Positions 1 through 62,730 of a DNA stretch of 64,000 nt are shown here, piece by piece. The translations under genes and the position numbers were made by a program. Every line of letters starts with the position of its first letter. Position 1 is the stretch's first letter. Below the pieces are notes generated by a model. That model made no database searches. It was not told where the DNA came from and saw nothing but the letters and a program-made list of their open reading frames with translations. Source of the stretch: Podarcis cretensis (Eukaryota); NCBI GenBank assembly GCA_951804945.1, contig OX638155.1:52266001-52330000 (forward strand). The letters are read 5' to 3'.

Positions 1-58
1 TTTCCTGTTACGAACGGACCTCTGGAACGGATTAAGTATGTAACACGGGGTACCACTG
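1..58. mobile_element. Right end of a Tc1/mariner (Tigger-like) MITE
   Basis: Ends in GGTACCACTG followed by TA; homologous to the 6503 copy. Confidence 0.7.
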
Positions 59-272
59 TACTTCCAATAAAATAGGAAGGGCTATTAATTTATCCAGTTT
101 CCCTGAACAGGTACCATGTTGAATGAACTGACTTGAAACTACAGTAGCATCAATAAGTGTCTGGCTCTTACTTGATTGGTGGGCCAGCTGAAAACCTTTC
201 TAAAGCCAAAATGGATCTCAGAGCCAGCCACTATTAACCTCTAGCCTGGGTGACATTTCATTATATACACAC

Positions 273-38624
<38,352 letters not shown>

Positions 38625-39465
38625 GGTACCCGCACGCCCACCTGGGTCGGCAGGAAGGAGGCGCCGCTAGGACGCCGCCGGGTCTCCCTCTCCCTCACCC
38701 CGGACTAGAGAGGAGAGCGGGCAGAACCAACGCCTCCGACGGGAAGGGGGGGGGGGGAAAGAGAGGAAACTTCCGTGGCAGGAACCAGTTCTTTCGTAGG
38801 GCAGAAAAGGCGACGCGATTGGCTGCAGGAGGTGCGGGGGGGGGGGAGGAAAGAGGCCGCCAAATGTTGGGCGAAACCATCATTGCCTCCAGGATACCGG
38901 GGAGGGGGGAGAGGGCGTTCCCGGCTTTTAAACAGCGTTGTGCCGCTTTCCCCGCAAGCACCAATCCGGGGAACGTAGAGTTAACCCCCGCCCCTCTCAG
39001 CATAGATCCCCGTCCGAATGGCCGAGGCAGCCTGTCAAGCGTGAGCGATACCATTCTAGAACGGGGCCTCGACGTTGCAGAAAAAAGCGTTTGGAAAGCC
39101 TCTTGTAGTTTTCGTCAGCTACGTCAGTTTGACAAGCTTTCCTCCTCCTCCTCCATCATCACCCGCACCTCTCAGTTCAAGCCCTTGGCCGAAAACGTAC
39201 AAGGAGCGGCACTTGCTCCCCCCTCCCCCCGTGCAAAGTTGGAGTTTCCCACTTCCCATTGGCGGCGAAAGCCCGCGAACGCTCGAGGTCACGTGATCCT
39301 TTTGGCGCGAAATTTTCTTCCTCCTCTGTTGTGTCTCGCGCTTAGAGAAGCTGCCGCCTTCGCCGCCATCGTCTTGCGCGCGCTGTTTGCCAGCAGCCGC
39401 TCGCAGGGCTTTGCTGCTTCCTTGTCCCGCCGCCCTTCCTGCCCTTAGGAGGATTGCGCTGAGCT

Positions 39466-52734
<13,269 letters not shown>

Positions 52735-53081
52735 ATACACCCTAACTTTACAGGAATGGAACTGTAAAACTAACTTCTTGGTGTAACTTTGCTTTAATAC
52801 AATATGCTTACATCATACTTGTTAGACTGGAATTGGACCAGGAGGTCATCACTATCAGCATGGAAAATTACTGTTAAGATTTTGCTTATTAAGGAATGTT
52901 AATTCTTTCAGCACAGTTAATTTTAGCACATTTTTTCTCAGCATCTTTTAAAGAGTAAGCTCTATACATAAAATTTCAAACTATAAAAACTTAGTTACAA
53001 TTTTTGAATTCAGGTTCATATGAATGTCTCCTATATCACTATTTCTGCATATTAGATAATGCTTGTGAAGATTTTGTTTGT

Positions 53082-53087
53082 AATAAA
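53082..53087 (+). terminator. Probable MCM4 polyadenylation signal
   Basis: AATAAA ~350 nt after the stop codon, followed by T/GT-rich sequence. Confidence 0.6.
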
Positions 53088-53241
53088 ATGCAGATTACTT
53101 ATTCTACTTCATTGTGCATTTCGAAAATTTGAAAAGTTTGTTATGCTGAACCTCGTCAGTTGATACTTTGTGTATAATTCACTGTCTGATATAGAAAACA
53201 GTAAGGCTTAATTCCTAAGCCATGATTTTTGCTAATCAGTA

Positions 53242-53483
53242 CAGTGGTACCTCGGGTTAAGTACTTAATTCATTCTGGAGGTCCGTTCTTAACCTGAAAC
53301 TGTTCTTAACCTGAAGCACCACTTTAGCTAATGGGGCCTCCTGCTGCTGCCGCACCGCTGGAGCCCGATTTCTGTTCTCATCCTGAAGCAAAGTTCTTAA
53401 CCTGAAGCACTATTTCTGAGTTAGCGGAGTCTGTAACCTGAAGCGTATGTAACATGAAGCATATGTAACCCGAGGTACCACTG
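53242..53483. mobile_element. Tc1/mariner (Tigger-like) MITE
   Basis: TIRs CAGTGGTACCTCGGGTTA, TA TSD; inverted relative to the 6503 copy. Confidence 0.87.
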
Positions 53484-53880
53484 TACTTAAAAACTCACAT
53501 GTGGTTTCCATTTCCAGACATATACAGAAGGTAACCATGGATTAGAGCTCCTTCTCTGCTCCCATTTTTAATCTTGTCAACACCTAAGCTTCATAAGCTT
53601 ATTCTGTTTTGCATATAGCAGCAGCTCTTGCGATGAAGCAACAGCCCTAACCATAGTCTGAAAGCTTGGTTTCTCAGCACCTCACAACATTGGTTGACAT
53701 TTCTTAATGAGGGGCTGAAGGCATTGGGGACTCAAATGCTAATGGAAAGCTCTTTGATTCTGTGGAGGCTCTCTTCAACAAGAAAGGCAAATTTTGCCAA
53801 TTCCCTCTGCCATTTAAAGCCTATTAAAATCTGTTTCAGAGGGATGGAGGACCATTTGGAACAGCATGGTAAGGGGAGTA

Positions 53881-54089
53881 CAGTGGTACCTCGGTTTATG
53901 AACAATCCATTCTTAAACCGAGGCGCGTTTTCCCTAATGAGGCTTCCTGCCGCTGGTGCCCTTCCACCGTTTGGATTCCATTCTTAGACCAAGGTAAAGT
54001 TCGCAAACTGGGACACTACTTTCGGTTTTGCATAGTTCATAAACAGAATCGTTCGTAAACAGAACTGTTCTTAAACCGAGGTACCACTG
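53881..54089. mobile_element. Tc1/mariner MITE, related subfamily
   Basis: TIRs CAGTGGTACCTCGGTTTA, TA TSD, different interior. Confidence 0.85.
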
Positions 54090-56865
54090 TATTGTCAGAA
54101 AAATGCCTTCTTTTTGTTGTACTAGCAGAAGATTTCACTGAATCAAAGAACTTTCCAACATAGCAATAAATGAAATTGGACAAAACCTGAGCTTTCTAAA
54201 CTTTTGTTCTTGACAATAAAGCTGTAATCCTGTTTATGCTTACTTGAATTTAACTTGCAATAATGTACAGGAGTATCAGCTGGTGATCTGGGGCTTCAGA
54301 AGTCTGACTAATTATTTATGTTACCCTAAATCTATCCCTTGACATGTTTTCTTACTTATGAATTAGCATTATATCAACAAAAAAAGTTTCGTGTGACTGA
54401 TTTTCATATGTTGCATATTACTAGTTGCACACCCTTTTAAAAATACTCTTTATAGATTTTTAAAAATAGAAAACTCATGTACCGCACATGATTTAATAGT
54501 AATCATTTTTCAGAGAAAACAAAAGATAACTAACCAAAACCATATTTTAGAGGCACAAGTAGGCTACAAATTTAATCATCATTCCAGTTATGAAATCTCC
54601 CTTTAGCTGGAGTGCCATGGCTGCAAGAGAAACACTGGAAGAAGTTTCCATAGTACCTAAGTAAGAAAAGCTTTGAAAGCATTAAGCTGGTACATGCTCT
54701 GCCTGCTGCCATAGGAGCTTTAAAGTACATCAGCAACATGCATCTAAATAAGGCTTGACACAAACAGGAACCCTATTAATTTAGGACGTCCTATTCATGC
54801 ATATGCTGGCCATAGTCTACAGGCATGCATTTCTTCATGTAGTTGTAGAACGTGTCCTTGCCTGTATGTTCACTCTATAGAAAAGCCGAAATATATATTG
54901 AGAGCCATGATGAGTGTGGAAGAAGGTCATATATAGATGGACAACAACCTAGGTGCATGGTATCTTTAAAAACACACGACACATCCTGTCGGGTTCCTGA
55001 CAGTGAGCAAGCATAATAATAGCAATGTGCTTAAATGGCAACCATTCATTATATGAAAAAAGGAATACAGTTGAAAATGACAAAATGTAGAGGTTCAATA
55101 CAATACTAGCAGGTGGTTAACCCCTAGTTTGGAACCTGACCTGGTCCCAAAAGATCACCACAACCACCCCCATTGTGGGAAGTGGGCAAGTGTCCTGCAA
55201 ATTACTTCCTCCCTGGTCATCAGAATTAGATCATTTGATGAGCACAGAGACAACACCCCCCTCAGCTGATGTGCATGGGTCATCTGAAGGGGATGCTGTG
55301 TGCAAGTAGCCACATAACTGGTATGCAGCCCCCAGGGAATGGGTCAAGGGTGATTATTCCCAGCCCAAAAAGCATTAGCTGCCCCTGATTTACGTATTAG
55401 AGCCTGGACACTTTCAGATTACAATTCCAGGTGCACAGCAGCTAGCCCAGCTATCTTTTCCTGCGGCAAACGAACCGCATTTTGCCACCAGCTGAGGAAG
55501 TAAGCTTTTGTACGTTGTAACAAATATAACCACAAGGAGGAGACGAAGGCAAAGACTGGAGCCTATTCTGGACTACCAGCTGTTGGTAATATAGCAGTAT
55601 TAGTCAATTATGTATAATAATTGTTTTTTAAAGGAAATGTTAAGGAAAACAGCATATAATGGAGACAATGCAGGGACATTAATCTTGTTGGTAAAACATG
55701 CATAGGTCTGCCTAGTTGTGTTTATTTAATTCTGCATCGAAAATATGCAAAAGATGAACACAACTTCAGCTCCTCTGAGCTTCAAATAAAAAACAATTGT
55801 TTTGATAGATACATGGATATATTCTGTTCCTGCTGAAATAGATTGTCAACTTGCAACAGAAAAAAACCATTTGCTTTCAACTCTGTTCCCTATTTAGAGT
55901 TTTAAGTTTCTCTCCAGTTTTAACTTTGTTTCCAGTGCTTTGCTAGCATCTTTAAATAATATCGTAATAGGGGAAATGTTTGTGTTTTTAAACCTTCACA
56001 AGCATGAAACCATTCTGCATTGGAAACTGAGAGTTCAACAACATCGTGAGGGCCACAAATTAGCCCCTCCTGGGTGTAAGGCAGTGGCCAACAAATTTGT
56101 TGTCAACCCAGCAAAATCAATACCCATCAAGCCAGCAAAATAATAACGCAGGCCATGGCTAATGGAAGCCAAACGACAGGGAAAAGAAGTATGGAAATCT
56201 TCTCTTTTCCCTCTCCCACTCCATGAATGGATATGCATTAAAAAGTAGTAACAGGAACTCTTCCAGGCTCATTCATGTAAAAGTTGTAACAATTAACAGT
56301 AGCTGATCTCTATAATTTGAAAGAGACACATGCAACAGTGTTTCATTTGTTATTATCACATTAGAATCAGTTTCAACGGGACAATATTATATTGTTACCT
56401 ATTCAAGCAAACTTAAGTAGGGTTTACTAAGGTTTACTAAGAATATTGAAATTAATGACTGACATGTGTTCTTTAATTTCAATGGATCTACTCCAAACCA
56501 AAGTTATCATAGTGGTTACAACTTTGTAAGTAACGAATAACTTTATGCAAATTGATTTAGAGTCGTTTCACTACTTTTTCTGTCGGTTGAGGGGGGGAAA
56601 TTAAATCTCCAGTTGTAGGTACACATAATGGAGAGTAAGTACCTTTGCAAAACTTACTTTTGAGTAAACATGCATGGGATAAGGACGGGGTTAGTTCCTG
56701 AAAACTCACATAATAAAGAATTAGAAGATGCAGAATGACGACCCCAGTTCCTTTCTCCCTTTCATTCTGCGTGAGGAGTTGCGATTGAACAACCTTTTTT
56801 ATTAGACGTGTCCCACAAACGTTTCAAAACCACAACCCTCTATTAATTTATTCCAAAAACCCAGC

Positions 56866-56938
56866 TGGAGAATGCGGGCATCGATCCCGCTACCTCTCAC
56901 ATGCTAAGCGAGCGCTCTACCATTTGAGCTAATTCCCC
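56866..56938 (-). tRNA. tRNA-Ala(AGC), U40 variant
   Basis: 73-nt GGGGAATTAGCTCAAATGGTAGAGCGCTCGCTTAGCATGTGAGAGGTAGCGGGATCGATGCCCGCATTCTCCA; full cloverleaf, G3:U70 Ala identity pair, T5 terminator at 56855-56859. Confidence 0.96.
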
Positions 56939-57592
56939 CTCTGCAGGCGATTGTGAAATTCTACAATGGAAAGTCTTCTCTTGAAACAGCTATGGCATGA
57001 GTCTTTACTGAGTCAGGGATGGGGGCAGAATCATTTTTGAACAACAAACTGAAGAGGAGCTTCTGGCAGGCACTCTATAAAGCCACTCTCCCCCTCATTG
57101 CTGGATGGAGAGTTGGAGGCAGGAAGTCACAAAAGTGCAAGGGCTAAAGCGGCAGTCCTTGCGATGCCCCTTGCTGTACGTCTTCCGAAGGTTCCCATTC
57201 CCACCATGAAAAATAATTTGGGGAAAAAGCATGCATTGACATCTGACTTTCTAATTAAGGGATCTGCCTTCTGAGCTCCCATTTACCTCATCCTGCTTAG
57301 CAGAGTCATAAGCAACAGGTTGGTGGTGGGGTTGTTTTTTAAAAAACCCAAACATAAATAAATCTGCCCCCTGGGGAAAGCGTGCCTCTATCCAGCTATT
57401 CTCTTTCATTCTTACATACAAGCCCTCAACTGTACGGGGCAATTCCCCTGTTTATTTCGTTTGACAGACTGTGATAAAAAAAGCCTTTATTTAAAATAAA
57501 ATAAAAAGCACACCAGGGAATGTTAAACATTTATTTTTTATCTTGCTGATTATTTTTCCTGTTAAAATAAACAAAGGAAAAAAAGCATTAAC

Positions 57593-57665
57593 TGGAGAAT
57601 GCGGGCATCGATCCCGCTACCTCTCGCATGCTAAGCGAGCGCTCTACCATTTGAGCTAATTCCCC
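57593..57665 (-). tRNA. tRNA-Ala(AGC), C40 variant
   Basis: Same 73-mer with C40; T7 terminator at 57578-57584. Confidence 0.97.
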
Positions 57666-58151
57666 TCCCTGTGCAATGTTTGCTGCTTAGCCTATGGTGA
57701 ATCGCTGTAGGAAATGGGATTTCCTTAAAAAAATAAAATTCTGCAGTTTACTTTCTAAGCAGTAAAAAAAACCCAGGTTTAGCTCCATTTGAAAGAGGAT
57801 TGAGGAAGTGGAAGGGGTGCATAAGCGGCGGCAAAGAGATGATCCAAAAAGATCCTTTGCCAGACGACTGCGGCAGCCTGACCATCTACCTCAGACAGCT
57901 CCAGCTTCCCTCTCTCACCTGGCTGGCTCCCTCCCTTTGGCTGGAGGAGCATCGCCCCCTCCCAATCCTAGCTGCGCATTTCATTCACAAATACTGATCC
58001 GGTTACAACTATCGGGTGACCTGCTCTATCTAAGCCATTAGTTTTCGCATTATTAAGCAGCAGTCTGTCCAACAGCGGACTAGTTCTCGTTTGGCCAGCA
58101 GCTACCTGTATAAGGAAGGGAAATAAACGTGTGACATAAAGAGATCACAAC

Positions 58152-58224
58152 TGGAGAATGCGGGCATCGATCCCGCTACCTCTCGCATGCTAAGCGAGCG
58201 CTCTACCATTTGAGCTAATTCCCC
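58152..58224 (-). tRNA. tRNA-Ala(AGC), C40 variant
   Basis: Identical to the 57593 copy; no nearby T4 run, only TTTATTT at 58121-58127. Confidence 0.96.
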
Positions 58225-58417
58225 TTCCTATTGGTGTTGCGCAGTCGTCACTCTTAGTAGTTCCATCGCAGGAAATGAGCTGCCTGGTCTTATGCACTGG
58301 CATATTTTGCTAAAATACTTCTTTCTTGAAATCGTCCTTTCACAACCTACTATAAGCATAGTATCCCATACCGGTCCTACTCAGAGTAGACCTATTTAAA
58401 TGAATGATCATGACTTA

Positions 58418-58547
58418 GGTTAATAGCTCAGCCGGTACAGCAGGACACTCTTTAATCTCACGGTCATGGGCGCAAACCTCACATTTGTGCAGTGCAGGGA
58501 GTTGGACCCGATGATGCCTTGTGGTGGTCCCTTCCAGCTCCATGATT
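58418..58547 (+). mobile_element. Degenerate tRNA-Lys-derived SINE with CR1-type 3' tail
   Basis: Head TAGCTCAGCCGGTACAGCAGGACACTCTTTAATCTCACGGTCATGGGCGCAAACCTCAC resembles tRNA-Lys(CTT). Tail GGGAGTTGGACCCGATGA...GGTCCCTTCCAGCTCCATGATT matches the CR1 3' end at 35040-35090. Confidence 0.7.
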
Positions 58548-58763
58548 GAATTCAATGAGTCTGCTCTGAATAACTTAGCTGGATAGAGCCCAGTGTGGTG
58601 CATTCAGTTTTTAGGATTTCAATACACAATACCGCAATTTTGAATATATTTTTATTTGTCTTACATATTGGATAGTCAACTTATTTTCTTACTCCTCTGT
58701 TTCCTGCTTCCCACTAGCAGCAGCATCCCACATCCACACACAAAAATATACGAAAGAAATTAC

Positions 58764-58836
58764 TGGAGAATGCGGGCATCGATCCCGCTACCTCTCACAT
58801 GCTAAGCGAGCGCTCTACCATTTGAGCTAATTCCCC
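58764..58836 (-). tRNA. tRNA-Ala(AGC), U40 variant
   Basis: Identical to the 56866 copy; T5 terminator at 58742-58746. Confidence 0.96.
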
Positions 58837-60115
58837 TTCGCTCCGGCTCCCTCAGCGCTCACCCTTCAGTGCGTCATCGCAGGAAATGAGTTGTCTAGCT
58901 AGCAAACATCCATGCAGTTGTTCCCTGGCCGGCAGTTCGCGCAAGCCAGCAGCGAAACAACGCGGTGCTGAACATCTGTGCTTTTAATCCTCTCCTTCCG
59001 GGAGTTTAACTCTCTGGACTTGGACAGAAGGCAGATAATTTATTCTTCTGCAGTGAATTAGCAACATCAGTTTTCAAAGCATTTCAATACTGTTACAGGC
59101 ACGGATCGAATCTCTGGAAGAGCCACGTGCAAGAGCAGCCAACGAAACCCCAGCCAGGCCAATTAAAGAAGGAGAGATGGGGCAGAGAAAGGGGAAAGAT
59201 GAGAAAAGGGTGTGCTGAAAACCCAGGCCAAATCTGGAGAGCACTATTTTAAAGAGAGGACATCTGCGGGGGGTGCTGCCCTCACAAGGCATTAACCCGC
59301 CCCCCCTTGGCAAGAGAGATAAACTGGGCCAGAGAAAGAAGGCAGAGACAGAACTGTTACAGAGATATCCAAAGGAAGTTTATTGTCGCAGGCTATGTAA
59401 AAGAAAGGCAGTTTAATCATCATCAGTATTCTGTATTGATTGCATGAAGGGGGGCACAAACTAAAATGAGGATTCCCTAGGATACTTGTGTCACAGCCCA
59501 ATCTAAGGGACACCACCACCACTATTTGTTTGTTTGTTTGTTTGTTTGTTTGGCTTTCTTTTTAGATGGAAGGAAGGAAACAAGAGACAGGAGAAGGTGC
59601 CTCTCCAACGGTCCCTTTCATAGTTGTGTGCAGAAGATACTTCGGTAGGTCTAGCTTTTTTCACCTGGGCTTGTCTAAGGGCACCTGTCAAAATGCCCTC
59701 TTCTACACAACAATTTAAAATAAAGGAGCCCTGCCCTGCTTTGCATCTGGATCGCTCCAAGAGGAAAAAAGGAGCAAACCGAGCATATGAGGTCAAAAAT
59801 AAATTCAGAATAAAACTGATCTCCATACACTAGTTTGGAGTTAAAGGCAGGTTTGATTAAGCTGGACACTACTACGCCAGAATACTTAGGCTGCTGGGGA
59901 GTAAGTCTAATTGGACTCAGTAGGGATCTACCGTACTTCTGAGTAGACGTGCCTTGGTTTGTACTGGTAATCCTGTAGTCTAAACTGCAGCCCTATGTCT
60001 GCAGGCTGGAACAGCGCAGCTCAAATTTCAGTGGAACTTCTCCCAATCTGCCAGCCAAGGAGATGAATCACCAAGGAGAGATGAGTCACCAAAGGTTAAA
60101 CTGTTCATCTTGTGA

Positions 60116-60188
60116 GGGGAATTAGCTCAAATGGTAGAGCGCTCGCTTAGCATGTGAGAGGTAGCGGGATCGATGCCCGCATTCTCCA
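60116..60188 (+). tRNA. tRNA-Ala(AGC), U40 variant
   Basis: Identical 73-mer in the opposite orientation; T4 at 60202-60205. Confidence 0.96.
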
Positions 60189-60314
60189 ATTTATGCTTGT
60201 CTTTTGTGTATTTTAATAGAATATTCAAAAGAAAGTTTGGTTAAAATTCTGTGGTGTGTTTTAATACTGTTAAAAGTTGGGGGGAGTTTCAGTCTGGTCA
60301 CCTCACCTCAAAAA

Positions 60315-60672
60315 TAATATTGTAGAGTTGGAAAAAGTTCAGAAAGGACAATCAAAAATATCAAGGAAATGGAGCAACTCCCGTATGAGAACAGGTTGCA
60401 GCATTTGGGACCTTTTAATTTAGAGAAAAGGCAAGTAAAGGTGATATGATAGAAGTGTATAAAATTATGGATGGCATATAGAAAGTGGATGTTTTTCTCC
60501 TTCTCAAAAAAATAGAATTCATGGACATGCAACTAGAACTCACTGGACAGTTTTATGGAAATCAGTGGAGGGGAGCCAGCTCTTGTTCTTGGGTCCCACA
60601 GGAATCTGTCTGGTCTCTGTGATAAGATGATGCTGGCTTGATCCAGCAGGCTCATCTTATTATATTTTTATG
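60315..60672 (+). mobile_element. Decayed CR1 LINE fragment
   Basis: Translates to LEKVQK...MEQLPYENRLQHLG.FNLEKR...GDMIEVYKIM, with frameshifts. Confidence 0.75.
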
Positions 60673-61341
60673 TTTAGTGTCCTATATTTGAACCGTGGGT
60701 GGTCATATTCCAAGAATGCCTGCAACTGATCTCCAACACATGTTCAGCAATCTTGCTCAAGAAGAAATGTTAGAAACAGGTCAAAACTTATGTTTAAGTA
60801 CCTTGCATCAAGGAGAATTCCAAAATCCTTATTAGGGCAAATCCTTTATCTGGCTTTCCAAAATGTCAGAAAACAAACGGTTGCGAAAGAAACGGAGAAA
60901 AAAAAAATGGATGATGGCGAAGCCGTGGAGTCTGCATCTGATTACAATCTTAAAATGGAATGTGGGAGTAGTAGTATGCAACAAAGTTGTTCCATTTGTG
61001 CAAAAACTTCCACCTGCATAATGGAATTTCCTTCTCTTCTCTCCCTGTGTGCCCCCTCCCCCAGATCTGCTCAAGAGGCTTGGAGGACCTCCCAGAAGAG
61101 ATTTCTGGTGCACATCAAACAGAGCCTCTGGTTAGGATCTTAATGTTCAAACATGTATATATGAGAGCAAAATAATCTTTCAAGTATCCTGGTCCTAAAC
61201 TGTTAGGAATTAAGAGGTTAAAATCAGCTCTTTAAATTGGGCCAGAAACAAAATGAGAGCCAGCTCAGCTGGCCAAGCACTGACAGGTTTAATATGAACA
61301 AAACATCCAGTCCCAGTAAAACAATATTGTAGTCCTATTTT

Positions 61342-61703
61342 GGGACGCAGGTGGCGCTGTGGGTAAAAGCCTCAGTGCCTAGGGCTTGCTGATCGAAAGG
61401 TCGGTGGTTCGAATCCCTGTGGCGGGGTGCGCTCCCGTCGTTTGGTCCCAGCGCCTGCCAACCTAGCAGTTCGAAAGCACCCCCGGGTGCAAGTAGATAA
61501 ATAGGGACCGCTTACCAGCGGGAAGGTAAACGGCGTTTCCGTGTGCGGCTCTGGCTCGCCAGAGCAGCGATGTCGCGCTGGCCACGTGACCCGGAAGTGT
61601 CTCCGGACAGCGCTGGCCCCTGGCCTCTTGAGTGAGATGGGCGCACCAACCCCAGAGTCTGGCAAGACTGGCCCGTACGGGCAGGGGTACCTTTACCTTT
61701 ACC
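61342..61703 (+). mobile_element. Sauria SINE, full length, inserted in an old L2-like fragment
   Basis: Same family; TSD TAGTCCTATTTT (61330-61341 / 61704-61715). Confidence 0.9.
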
Positions 61704-62730
61704 TAGTCCTATTTTGCATCAACTATTTTAGATCTACTGACTGTTTTTAAATAAAGATCCATGTATAATGCATTGCAGTAGTCTAAATGTGTGTGTGCAC
61801 CAGAGCATGGTCCATCCAAGGTACGGTTGCAGCTAGTGTATCAACTGAAGCTGATAAAAACTGTTTCAGGCTCTAATGACAGCACTGGACTAAGCACCCT
61901 CAGACAACAATTTTTTAATTACATTTCTCTTCCATCCATATAACTGAGTTCCCTTAGCAGTTTACAATTACAAATATAATATACAATACAAAATGTAAAT
62001 TATAAAAACCTTCAATTATAAATAAATCAAAGCAGCGAAAGCTAACACAAACACAGAAATTATTTCTCTAACACTTTACAGGGAAGGAAGGATGAGGAAT
62101 ATATGGCCTTCCGGATGTTGTTGGAATTCATCCAACAACTCCCATCATCACTGACCATGAGTCTTGCTGGCTGGGACTGATAGGTGTTGTAATGTCCAGC
62201 AACATCTGAAGAGCCATAGACTCCACATTTGTTCTCTACAGTCAGGAAGGAGGGTAACATGAGTTATGGTATGAATTCAACCTATAGCCTTGTCTTTCTG
62301 TTTTGAGCAGGAAATAAATTCCCTTGCATGAAACACAACAGTATTGTATTAAATACAGTAGTATTTAATGTTGGAGCAACTGGAAATTAAAAGGGGTAAT
62401 GTCCTTCAGGAGCATAAATCACTACATTGATGAACTAATAGCAGGTGCAATGTGTGCTGAGCCAGTTACTATGGTAACAGCCTAGTGCTCCAACTATATA
62501 TGTGATTAATATATGTCAGCTCAGTTAGTCTGTGAGTCATCAGTCCATTGGTGTTACTAGTCCAGTGTTACATGTTGAAATGTTGGAGTTTACAGTATTT
62601 GGAGCAACAGAGATACTTTTTACTTGTATGTATCTGTATATATCTGCATCTGCAAAAGCCTACAAGTTGTATAACTCTACATCTAGAACCGTTTTACTGA
62701 GCCTTATCTTCTGCCATACAGTGGTACAGT

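Noticed and set aside
38819-39448. 209-aa plus-strand ORF in the bidirectional promoter
   Set aside because: Non-ATG start, low-complexity GC-rich translation, no recognisable domain; expected from stop-codon scarcity in a CpG island.
58418-58490. Sixth tRNA gene (Lys)
   Set aside because: Broken stems, extra base in the anticodon loop, degraded B-box and a CR1-like tail indicate a SINE.
56866-58836. CRISPR-like or tandem array of identical repeats with unique spacers
   Set aside because: The repeats are 73-nt tRNA genes with 490-650-bp spacers in a vertebrate genome.
60169-60175. A54 T-loop (GATCGATG instead of GTTCRA) as a sign of pseudogenes
   Set aside because: Shared by all five copies and normal for this animal tRNA-Ala(AGC) family.
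60790-61175. Overlapping 60-117-aa ORFs between the tRNA cluster and UBE2V2
   Set aside because: No recognisable protein similarity or exon context.
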